A stretch of 64,000 nucleotides of DNA, taken from contig NC_043009.1 of NCBI RefSeq assembly GCF_006345805.1, forward strand, positions 29,450,001 to 29,514,000, read 5' to 3'. Source of the DNA: Octopus sinensis (lineage: Eukaryota). Below the pieces are notes generated by a model that worked only from the letters and a program-made list of their open reading frames with translations, made no database searches and was not told the origin of the DNA. A program made the position numbers and the translations under genes. This document shows, piece after piece, positions 53,060 to 64,000 of this stretch (the first letter of the stretch is position 1; each line of letters begins with the position of its first letter).

Positions 53060-53448
53060 CAGTGTACATTTAAACACATGAGGAATTCATTTGTGGGATT
53101 CAACGCTAGAGGAATCCATTTGTGGGATTCAACGCTAGAAAGAACAGCTAGGTTCCATAACCACAAAAGTAGGGATAAAATTCGACAGGAACGAAATGAA
53201 AAAATATAAACATTTTACCATCTTGTTTCCTGGACTAATTGGTTTCTGATTTTAGTTTAGCAAGTGAAATAACATATACTCGCGAGGTGAAATTGTCCTC
53301 AGCAGGAACACCTTGGGTTAAATATATGAACACGAGGCGATCAAACTTTGTGCCTCTTGTTTATACATCCTTTGGACTAAATTTTTATACGTTATGCCAC
53401 TGGAAATGGAAAGTTTAATTAATTTTCATTTCCATTTGATATGATTAA

Positions 53449-53506
<58 letters not shown>

Positions 53507-54533
53507 TACGTGAGGTAATGGTGTCATTGAGACACAAAGATGTCAGGTAATACTGAATAAGTGCTATATATAGATCATAGTTAAGTTCCAGGTTCGGTGG
53601 TTATGCGAATAAGGGGTTCAACTTTGGTTATATGTCAGCGTATGTATATGAAAATTATTTTGTATCCCTTCATCGGTGACATTGTGAGAGGATGGTTAAG
53701 TAATAGTTAATTTAGATATGATATAAAATAGAGAGTGAGGTGGAGGAAAGAAAATTGATGTGTAATATGTTGGGATATTGTATTTGTAGATCCATTTTTT
53801 TCAGATTCCAATACCTTATGAGTAAAATCCAATAATATTTAAAATTGGCCATTCCAAGTATAGAGTTTAAACACTGTTATTGAATCAAGGCTTTTATTGA
53901 AAGGGACCTAAAACTAGGGAGTGTATTAGTAGGGTCAAATCGAAAACAGGAAGAGAAGAATAAAGAAAGAGAAAAAGGGGGGAAAGAGAGAAAAGGAGAA
54001 TATAATAAAATAAAAAATAAAAAAAGGATCAGGATGAGAGGAATAAGGGAAAGAAAGAAAAAAATACAGATATAGATAAGGGAAAGAGTACCAGTTAGGG
54101 GTCAGTGGAGATAATTTGAAAGTAGGAGTGGGGAGATAAAAGGTGATAGAGAAAGAAAGGTATTAGAGTGTAAGAAGATAGAAGGCATTGGGGGTGATAA
54201 AAGGCAAAGGAGTGACAAATGTGTAGTGATAGGGTCTAAGTGGTGGGGCAGAGAGAGGGCTAGCAGTAAGGAATTAAAAATTTAGGAATTTAGACGATTT
54301 GTAGATCAGTGCTTAGTAATATAAGAAAATATTCATGTGAAGATGTATACATATGTGTATATCAGACATGTATATATATATTTATACAGATGTTTATACA
54401 TATCAATATTTACACACACAATTCTTACTCGTATGTGCATATACATACGATGAAGGGATATAATAAATAACATGGAAACAGCTGTAAGATCTTTTATCTA
54501 TAAATGTTCCAAAATCTACACAGCCTTGGTTTG

Positions 54534-54572
<39 letters not shown>

Positions 54573-54673
54573 CGTATATACGTATATATATATGTATATA
54601 TACATGCATATCTATACATGATATATCATATACAAATTCGTACATTCATACACACACACAAACACACACACAT

Positions 54674-54716
<43 letters not shown>

Positions 54717-55545
54717 CTCTGCACATATATATGTAATATATACATATACATACACACATATATGTACGTACACGCGCACGCGAACAGACGTTTGCATCAC
54801 TTTTAGTTTGAAATCTGATGTGGCTGCCAAAAATAAATGTCGAAAGTAAGGTGTGTATGTGTGTATGTGATTGTATACGTATGTGTATATTTTGTGTATT
54901 TGTGTATGCACTAGAGTGTATGTGTGTGTTTTTGAACTATTTTCAGCCATTATTTCGTCTATATTATTCTATTAGTATAATTTGATAGTATATCAATTTT
55001 ATTACGCACTCAGACTTTTGCATGAAAAATATTTTCTCCTAATATTAAGGGTTATTTATTAATATGAGACATACATACGAACAGACATATACTTACGTGC
55101 ATACATCTATATACGTATAAACGTGTGTGTGTGTATATGTGGATATACTCATACGATCGTGTGTCTGTTTCTATGTGGGGGGGGGGCGTGCCATTATACA
55201 GGGAATATATAATTCAGAAAATTATTTTTTCTGAACTTAATTCCCATAAATGTCAATGTATATTAAAAGTTGAACTCCCTCATCAGTCTAACTCTTAATT
55301 CAAGTGAGGACAGCTCTTAATTTTGTCAATATGATTATGTCATAGTTTCTTCAGTCTTAATTCGACTTGTCTTTCGAGACGCACCTATCAAAGCTATTTT
55401 GTTAATTGCATCAACATATATTAAGTTTTCGCTTAAGCACAAGACAAATTATTAAGATAAACTTTGTTTTTCACCCATGTGAGGGTCGGAGTAAAAAGTA
55501 AGATCATTATATTAACACTCAAGCATACATACCTATATACATACA

Positions 55546-55579
<34 letters not shown>

Positions 55580-55580
55580 C

Positions 55581-55796
55581 TCTCTTTTACTTGTTTCAGT
55601 CATTTTTCTGCGGCCATGCTGGAGCACCGCCTTTAATCGAGCAACTCGACTCCGGGACTTATTCTTTGTAAGCCCAGTACTTATTCTATCGGTCTCTTTT
55701 GCCGAACCGCTAAGTGACGGGGACATAGACAAACCAGCATCGGTTGTCAAGCAATGCTAGGGGGACAAACACAGACACACAAACATACACGCACAA

Positions 55797-55834
<38 letters not shown>

Positions 55835-56003
55835 GCATATATACGACGGGCTTCTTTCAGTTTCCGCCTACCAAATCCACTCACAAGGCTTTGGTCGGCC
55901 CGAGGCTATAGTAGAAGACACTTGCCCAGGTGCCACGCAGTGGGACTGAACCCGGGACCATGTGATTTGTAAGCAAGCTACTTACCATCCAGCCATTCCT
56001 GCG

Positions 56004-56006
<3 letters not shown>
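55581..56006 (-). mobile_element. SINE family B, full length, little decay
   Basis: aggcgcaggaatggctggatggtaagt...gggttcagtcccactgcgtggcacctgggcaagtg; internal TA/CA tract; complete 3' module. Confidence 0.92.
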
Positions 56007-56058
<52 letters not shown>

Positions 56059-56199
56059 GCACACATACACACACGCACGCGCATAAACGTACTTACATAT
56101 ATTCACACACGTACATACACAAATAAAAACATATGTGTGTGTGTGTGTGTCTATGTGTATGTATCACTTGATCGACAAGGGTATCAGATGTTGTTATAC

Positions 56200-56448
56200 A
56201 TCACTAGTCACAATGCGCTTTGCATCGTTTTAGCTTCTGAATGATGTCACCCTACTGGTTGACTGAGTAGACCAACATACCCTCTGATCAGAAGTCCATC
56301 GTAGTGTTACCCAGTTGCAGTTGAGTGGACTGGAACAATGTGTAATGAAGTACTTTGCTCAAGATCACAACCCACAACAGGATGGAAATGGAAATCAGGA
56401 TCTCACGGACGTGGGTATCACATGTCTAGCCACTAGGCCACGAGCCCT
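56200..56448 (-). mobile_element. Degenerate SINE family C
   Basis: gcagttgagtggactggaacaatgtgtaatgaagtactttgctcaagatcacaac...ctagccactaggccacgagccct. Confidence 0.7.
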
Positions 56449-56756
56449 TATATATTTATGCATGTACTTGTGTGTGTGAATGTACATGTGTATGTGCCTA
56501 TGTGTATACACACACATACATAAATATACACTTTTATCTTTCTCTTCCCTATAGGAAATATGGCTTCTACGATACGTTATTTTACCATGTATGATCCACT
56601 TCTCTACACCTTGCACTTGATGTCCTTTCGTTGTTCGGACCATCAATATTTTAGGTGGTATCCATTATATTTACTAACGTTACGAATCCCATTGCTTGAC
56701 CGCGAAGAAGCTGCCGTTTGATCAGCCAGTGCTATATTTCATATATTCGATCGGCA

Positions 56757-57070
56757 ATTGACAATAAGTTGAGTGAAAAATCATGCCAGATTCAGAAAAA
56801 ATTGAAAATTTATTGATTTGATATTTGCACTGAGAAACATCACTAAACAATACTTTGATCTACAATCGATCGTTCCATTGTACGTTAGTTTCGTAGATTT
56901 GGGAAAGGATATTGACAGTGTATGCATGAAGAATCTCTGACAGATCTAAGGTTATTTGGAACCCGGATAAGATCGTCACCCTTTCTAAGCTAGTTCTGTA
57001 AGATTTTAGAATCTGGTGAGATCTTTGACGACAAGAGATTTTCCTGAAATTTTTTCAATAAAAACTGTTG
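56757..57070 (+). mobile_element. Degenerate RTE-clade LINE, RT core fragment
   Basis: IDNKLSEK/HARFRKN*KFIDLIFALRNITKQYFDLQSIVPLYVSFVDLGKDIDSV, resembling EQAGFR...DQIF.LR.I.EQ...PLY..FVDFEKAFDSV. Confidence 0.75.
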
Positions 57071-57280
57071 CATGATAGCTTTCTGTAAGTTAACAGAGAA
57101 ATACTATAGAATTGCACATCGAAAATGTAGTCAGGTGAAAAAAAATACATATCCCAAAGCCTCGATTAACAGAGGCTGTTCCATCAATTGGTAAACAAAA
57201 TTAATTATCATTAAGGTATGTCCATTATCTAAAGACAGCAGCATGCAAGGGGTATATTTTATCGACACCACAAATATTGA

Positions 57281-57456
57281 TTTCAAATTTTGGCACAAGG
57301 CCAGCAATTGTTCAAACAGGGCTTATTTTATAGACCCCCGAAAGGGTGAAAGGTAAAGCCAAACTCGATGTAATTTGAACTCAGAACGTATAGGCGGACG
57401 ACATATCACTAAGCATTTTTCCAGGTATGCTAACGATCCGGGCAGCTTGCCACCTT
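57281..57456 (-). mobile_element. SINE family A, degenerate
   Basis: gacccccgaaagggtgaaaggtaaagcc...atttgaactcagaacgta...tatgctaacgatccgggcagcttgccacctt. Confidence 0.75.
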
Positions 57457-57487
57457 CGTCGCTACAAATATTAAAGATATGTGAGAT

Positions 57488-57521
<34 letters not shown>

Positions 57522-57574
57522 TGGTGGTGGTGGTGGTGGAGGAGGTTATGTAAGTGCCCCTATAAAATCAAAAC

Positions 57575-57715
57575 CTAGCGGTTTGCCGAATAATAAACAA
57601 TAAAATATGGTAGGAAGAGAAATAAGCACCGTGGGCGAAACGTTGGATTAAAATATTCGAGGGCAGCGCTCCAGCATTGCCACAGTCCATTGACGGAAAC
57701 AGTCAACATATTATT
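57575..57715 (+). mobile_element. SINE family B, degenerate 3' half
   Basis: ctagcggtttgccg...gggcagcgctccagcattgccacagtccattgacggaaaca. Confidence 0.65.
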
Positions 57716-58120
57716 AGAAAGAAGTATACATGTAAGACGCAAAGCGGAGCACGGTGTATTCTAATAAAACGTTACAACGACAGGTATTAACTGAGATTAT
57801 AATGCGTAGACATCACATATTATTGACTGACTGAAATAAAAGCATTATCAGTGAATACAAATAACTATTTATAAAGATATTAAGAAATATGAAATATCGA
57901 GGTGATATTAAAACATGAAAAGGAAGAGATAAAGATAATATTAATATGGTGAATCAAGATCAAAGTTAAAATACTGTAAAATAATATAAACTCTTTTGAG
58001 ATAGTATTTGTATGATATCATGTCTATAATTTAAACATATGAGAGTAGAAAATATAAACTAAAATGTTCTCTCTCTCTCTCAGTAAGAATAATAATAAGA
58101 ATAAGAACAAAGATAGTACT

Positions 58121-59225
58121 TTCTTTATTAATCACTAAGGGTTTATAAACGACTTTGGGAACGACACAGTACAATACAATACGGGGTTACATAAAATGAA
58201 ATGTGTAAACAATGAAAATCATAACACAATAAAATTTAACAACGGAAACTTCCCCAAGAAAGGAATACTTCCTTGAGTTGCTCGTAGGGACCTCACAAAA
58301 CCACTGTCACTTTGACCATTATAGCTAGTGCCCTCTCCACATCATCATCCTTCAACCTACAGACACGTGCTTAGAATAGGCTCGTTCGCTCGGACCATTG
58401 TAACAGCATTCACTTATCTTTTAAGAAAATTGCTGGGAAGCAGCACTCCCCTCTCAATCCTCACTTTCCTTTTCAAGTGAAACTTGAAAAAGGGGGCTTG
58501 GCCGAAGAGGAAAGTGTCTGTCGTCAGCCAGGTAAATTTGGTCCACGACACAACCTCTTTCGTTAAGGCCAAAGAAAGACGGCTGGACGATCTTCACAAT
58601 CTTCACAGTCGATAGCTGGATCCGTTCTAAACGTGAAAGTAGACGTTCGACATAAATCCACAACGCTCGGGCACAGGACGTAAGCGTGCAAAACAGTTTC
58701 GTCGCTCCGTTCCCATCTCGGGCAAGCCTTGCTGACGGCACTTCTGTGCCTGTAGAGTTAATAACAAACCGGCAATACCCCCCACCCACAGGAGCAATGC
58801 CAGGCTAAAGATATCTGGAAATTATCCATAGGCCCCGGCCTGAAAGTCCGGAACCTACCAGTCAACCCATTCTCGTAGACGTGTAGAGTCTTCCCAAGAA
58901 CGTCGTCACACTTGTCAGCCACTAGCTCTTTATAGAACGCCAGAGTAGAAATTCCATTGATCATGTCGCCTGACTGACTGAGGACTGTAAACGACTAACC
59001 ACACTTTAGATGCTAGGCGCCCTGCCTTGGTCTACGCTTGATCTAGGACTGCAGCTCAGCTAAAGAGATAAGCCGTGGAAAATCCTGACAAACGGCGACC
59101 ACCCCGGCTCATCGTCAAGGAAGCGCTGGAGAGGGTTTGGCATCAGTGAACGTCAGCGTATCAGCAACTACGTCATGCTCAGGCCCTCCATTCAAGCCCT
59201 GTCAGTGGTTATTGACAGCAAATGG
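58121..59225 (-). mobile_element. 5'-truncated L1/Tx1-clade LINE (ORF2 C-terminus, decayed CCHC region, 3' UTR)
   Basis: EPGWSPFVR...STLAFYKELVADKCDDVLGKTL...GPMDNFQISLAW...LWIYVERLLSR...IVKIV; GC-richer than flanks; aataaa at the 3' end. Confidence 0.8.
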
Positions 59226-59299
59226 AGCTCCTGGACGGTGGATCACGTCACTTCTATAGAATATCCCAGTTTCTTCAGACATCTCCTGACGTCTTATCA

Positions 59300-59980
59300 G
59301 AGGGCATAAGTCGATTAGGTCGAGTGTTCAACAGGTGCTTATTTGTATGCCATAATGATGAAAGGCAAAGTCGACCTCGGTGGAATTTGAACTCAGAACT
59401 TAAAGACTGACGAAACGTTGCTAATAATAATAAAGTTAGGTACAAGGCCGGTAGTATTAGAGAGATCAATACCATTGATATCCAGGGTTTGATCGGCTCC
59501 TATTTTATTTCGTTCCAAAGGACGAAAAGCTAAGTTGACTGCGCAGTTTGCATCTAGAACGGAAAGCCAGGAACAAATGCCTCGAAGCATTTTGTCAAAT
59601 AATATTAGTTTTTAATTTAGGCATAAAACCAGCTGGGGGTTATGGTATTCGATACCATTGACACCAGTACTTGCCAGGTTCTTTATCTATCGACCGTAAA
59701 CAAATGAAAAGGCAAATTTCTCCGTGATAGGATTCGAAGTAAGAAAGATTCAGAGCTGACAGCACAAGGCATATTTTCTTGATTATGTAACGACTTACTC
59801 TATAAGCTTGACATTTTTAATGATGTCTAATTGAGGCAGAAGGGTCAGATATAGTTTTCATAGGAGGAGTTAGTCGAATTCATCAGACTTAGGCTGGTAA
59901 TTTATTTTACCAACCCGAGAAGGAAGAAAGGCAATGTTTACCTTAGCACCATTTGAAATCAGGATGCGAAGAATCAGAAG
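59300..59980 (-). mobile_element. Cluster of four degenerate SINE family A fragments in the same orientation
   Basis: The module gaaaggcaaagtcgac...atttgaa recurs near 59360, 59520, 59705 and 59920. Confidence 0.6.
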
Positions 59981-61027
59981 AAATATATCGTGATACAACT
60001 GTACCGTTCGCCGGTACTGACGAAATATCGTCAACTGATTATCTTTGCATTTTAGCAAATGTCGTCTGCACGAGATGATTATTCTGGACGTTTACCGTCA
60101 TTCATTTGGCTGGGGAACGAAATTTGCCGAAGGTGTGCAAGCCCAGGTCCCAAAAGTTTTACAAACAAGGTCTTACTGCTTTTAAAAAATTTATATTTGC
60201 TCTTTGTTCTTTGAAAAGAAACCTAAATTGAAGCTACTATTTACAAATCCCATTTTACGTACTCTTTGAGTGTGTGTGCGCTGTGTTCAGAAAATATTTC
60301 ATAATTTTTTTTATTTATTAACAGCAATGAAGATTTTGAAACTTTGGAACTAATTTGATTTTCATGAAAATTATGAAAATAAGAAAGTAGTCAGCTATAG
60401 CTATGGTTTGAACTTCTGAATGCAACCGTTAAGACATCAGTTTAACTTGGCTATCATTCAACCTTGAAACTAAGAGTTTTAGAATTGTGACATTATAAAT
60501 TATTATTAAATCAAAATAGAGTTAAGAGGTCAGGAAACTTCACAAAGCAGTTCTTTCCACAAAGTATGTTTTGATTATCTGCAGCTTTTCATATTTTGTT
60601 ATTATGCATTTGTTGCGGCCACTAATAATATAAGGAAATAAGGATTTAAAATAAAATAAGGTTGACAGATGATGTCCGTGTGATTTAACATCTAAGTCAT
60701 TCTCTGACTCACTCCCCGTTCTCTTACTTTCTCTCTAACTTTATATCTTTATATATATATATATATACACGCAACCACACGGTCACACACATTGTAGACA
60801 CCGAACGCCTTAATCTCAGAAGCAAAAATGAGGAAAATATATGTCCATATACGTCCATTCATCCATATACATATATATCTCCTCGGTCCTGTGATTTTTC
60901 TTTACTTGTTTCTGTTTTCTTCCTCTTCATTGATCTTCTTTCCAAACAAGGACAAGTGACAGAAACTTTTAAAGCATTTCCAGCTTCAAGTTTGAATCTC
61001 TTATCGTTTTTATACACATTCACTGTG

Positions 61028-61135
<108 letters not shown>

Positions 61136-61659
61136 TATGTGTGTGTGTGTAAGCGTGTGTTTACCTTTGATGATTCGATCAAATTCTAACTACACCCCTC
61201 GACGCCTGACTTTACATTGAAAGCACGACTTTTCTAATAGACCTTCCATTAGGCTTATTTTCGAGACTAAATCTGTTCTGGATTGTATTAGTAAAGGCAT
61301 GAAAGACCAGATTATCCTCATAGTGAGGTTAAACATTCCGTGTGAAAGTGCTGTCATCACTCACTTCCACACTCTCCCTAAGCAATCGAATACTTACGTC
61401 CTGCAGTTTGATATTTCTGATTACTACGTTTCTGTATTTCCCAATCTATATTAAATATGGATTTTAATTTTTACTAGAAAATTCACCCCACATAGCAGTT
61501 ATGTTAACGACTCAAAAACAAAAAAGACTCCTCTATTTTAAAACAAATACTAGTTCTGTAATTCCATAATCAGCTATTTTGACATCACCAGGAGCTTTTC
61601 GAATCTGGGGAAGTTACGCATCTAGTAGATTTTTGACTATTATCACAAAATAATGAGCA

Positions 61660-61945
61660 CTTCTACAGCGTCTTTGGGAAGCTGCCCTTCTTGCAACAAC
61701 CTGAACGTGGAGATCATCCATGGAGCGTTCTTCAAAAGCTATAATCTCTCTAACTCCTCTGAAACTAGCACTAAAGTAGTCAACTTCTTGGACGTTACTC
61801 TCGACTTAAAATCTATCTAGTCAATACTACTACCCTCATCATAAGCCCAAGGTGTCCTTACAATACATCAACGTCAATTTTAACCATCCTAGATCTATTT
61901 TAGAGAGCATACTTTCGATTAGGATTTCTAACCTATCCACCAATC
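61660..61945 (+). mobile_element. Penelope-like element RT C-terminal fragment
   Basis: FKSYNL/ETSTKVVNFLDVTLDLK...YYPHHKPKVSLQYINVNFNHPRSILESILSIRISNLSTN, resembling VNFLDVTL...Y.KPN...YI...SNHP..I...I..R.S.LS of PLE RTs. Confidence 0.75.
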
Positions 61946-63666
61946 TCCCTACTGCAACCAAGCCCTCTGCAATAAGGATTTTATGGTGTGCACCGCTGCT
62001 CTCCCCTTGAGTTACTCTATTTCAATAAGTCTTCCATTGAAATTTCATACTCCACCACCACAAAAAACCTTGTATCTGTAGTAGCTATTTGTAATAGGTA
62101 AAAGCTTGGCCAACTAATTACAGGTCAGAGAATCACCGATCGAGCTTCGTCCCTAATCGTGCTAATGATAACACCGTAATCTTGAACAGGCTCATCTTTT
62201 ACCTTAGCAATCACCCGTACACCAATAACACCCTTTACTCGTAACTATGGTGAAACTAATTCTAGACAACTCCGCTAATCCTAGGGACACTTTAAACTTA
62301 CACTTGTTTTAGAAGCATCCTATCAATGGTTTATCATCCAACAATGCCTGTAACTTGTTAGACTTTACTGTTGGACTGGCCTTTGATGTGCAGATTCTCC
62401 AAATGTGAGTTGTTTAGGCTTCGAAATTAACATCATCCACGATACTGCCGTGGGTTTGGTCTACCTCTTAACAATAATCATACAACCGATTTAGTCTTCT
62501 TTAAATATCCGAACCTCATCCACCTTAAAAAGAGTGAATACCTAACGTACTAAAGACTCAGCCAGCTCACGACTTTATTATTGTCATGATTTTATCTAAA
62601 TTTTGATATTTAACTGCAAAATTGTGTCTGAGACATTTACAATATTAACCATAGAAAAAGTGGTAAAGTATATGGATAATTTAAATAGGTTGCCGTATAG
62701 ATTCTGATTCCGTTTCGAACCAATGCTCATACTATAAATCTTTAGAACTAATAAATCACGCGAATCCACTTATATAATTGTTACTTAAACAGCTATGGTA
62801 GAATAGTCTCTCCAGAATGATCAACACACTATAATGTAAGGTTTTCTTTCTAGTTTGTCGTTCAAAATGTATCTATTAATTTAAACTTGTTATTTGTGCT
62901 ACAGATTTGCTTAACAGCACACAGTTAAAGCAGAAACTGTACATAGTAAAATCTTTCCAATTTGTTTAAGAATTTTGATTCGATTTAATGGGTAGGGTTA
63001 AAATTACTATGTCTACAATATATTGGTAATAATCTGATTCGTTCAAGCGATCTTATTTATGAGAAATAATTATTACACCCAATTATGGTATAGCGAGTTT
63101 AGTTCTTCGAAACAGAAAAATATAATGGTGAGTCTATTAATAAGAATCGGATAAAAATGATGTCCGCCATTTTAATGTTACCATCAATTTGATTTATTGC
63201 AATTCATTTAATTTAAACTGTAGTGGATCTCGGAAATATTCCATGTACTGCTACAATTTTAGAGTACTAATACATTCACAATAGTTGAAGGAAGTGTAGT
63301 AGTGTAGTATACCATGTTTAGCTTTACCGATTCCGAATTGATAGTTAGCAGACTTTTAAAGCAAAAAGTATCAGTTCGACAATATTCCGAACTGTGGTGG
63401 ACAACCTTAAGTATGTTTTTATTGAGTTCTCCTCTGAAACATAGTTACCTGGGTCTCAAACTGGCGAGGATGTGTAGTACTTCAGAAATATATATCTTGA
63501 GAATATATTTCTGTATAGAACAACTGAGATCTCTCGAGATAGCGAAAGCCTTCAACCCGCTCAAGTTTCATTGCTGATATCTAGCGCATAATGAACGCAC
63601 ATTTTAACTTTTATCTTTTACTTGTTTCGTTCCTTAGACTGAGGCTATGCTGGGGCAACAACAGCA

Positions 63667-64000
63667 GTGGAGGCGCAATGGCCCAATGGTTAGGGCAGCG
63701 GACTCGTAGGACTCGTAGGATCGCGGTTTCGATTCCCAGACCGGGCGTTATGTGTGTTTATTGAGCGAAAACACCTAAAGCTCCACGAGGCTCCGGCAGG
63801 GAGTGGTGGCGACCCCGGTTGTACTCTTTCGCTCCAACTTTCTTTCACTCTTTCTTCCTGTTTCTTGTCCCCGACTTCCTGCGCAACCGCTGAGCCTGGA
63901 TGCGCATTCATCCATCCGTCGATGCTCTCGGTGTCGGGGGTTGACCTGCTTTCTCTTCTGCGGGTCTTACGAATAGCAAAGGACCACGCTTCGTACTTCT
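63667..64000 (+). mobile_element. SINE family D-related, different 3' tail, runs to window end
   Basis: gtggaggcgcaatggcccaatggttagggcagcggactcg...ggtttcgattcccagaccgggcg; first ~200 nt align to the reverse complement of 32733-32926. Confidence 0.88.

Noticed and set aside
53940-54300. Strongly purine-skewed tract (also 29150-29520)
   Set aside because: No periodicity or recognisable translation; probably decayed low-complexity DNA.
55262-55290. CTGATGAG on the minus strand
   Set aside because: No stem II or GAAA at a suitable distance.
59240-59295. Hairpin gacgtc/gatgtc after CTGATAA on the minus strand
   Set aside because: The first box is mutated and GAAA is not adjacent to the stem; not a hammerhead core.

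Overview
AT-rich, repeat-dominated animal genomic DNA. The SINE, LINE and mariner families and the very dense (TA)n/(CA)n/(TATC)n/(TATG)n/trinucleotide microsatellites point to an octopod cephalopod (inferred from recalled repeat families, not from a search). No host protein-coding gene, rRNA, true tRNA gene or CRISPR array can be supported. Nearly all listed ORFs are microsatellite translation artefacts or transposon debris. Supported content: two full-length mariner elements with TIRs (45591-46709 and 46996-48265) plus two mariner remnants; R4/Dong-like (RLE-clade) LINE fragments, three of them stacked head-to-tail at (TAA)n tracts; RTE, L1/Tx1 and Penelope fragments; a pogo/Tigger-like MITE; four tRNA-derived SINE families (three copies with exact target-site duplications); several hammerhead-ribozyme-like cores; a near-identical ~0.9 kb tandem duplication bounded by (TA)n; and a few weak isolated exon candidates. 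I found no convincing novel biological system. The best leads are the LINE stack, the hammerhead-like motifs and the modular SINE tails.
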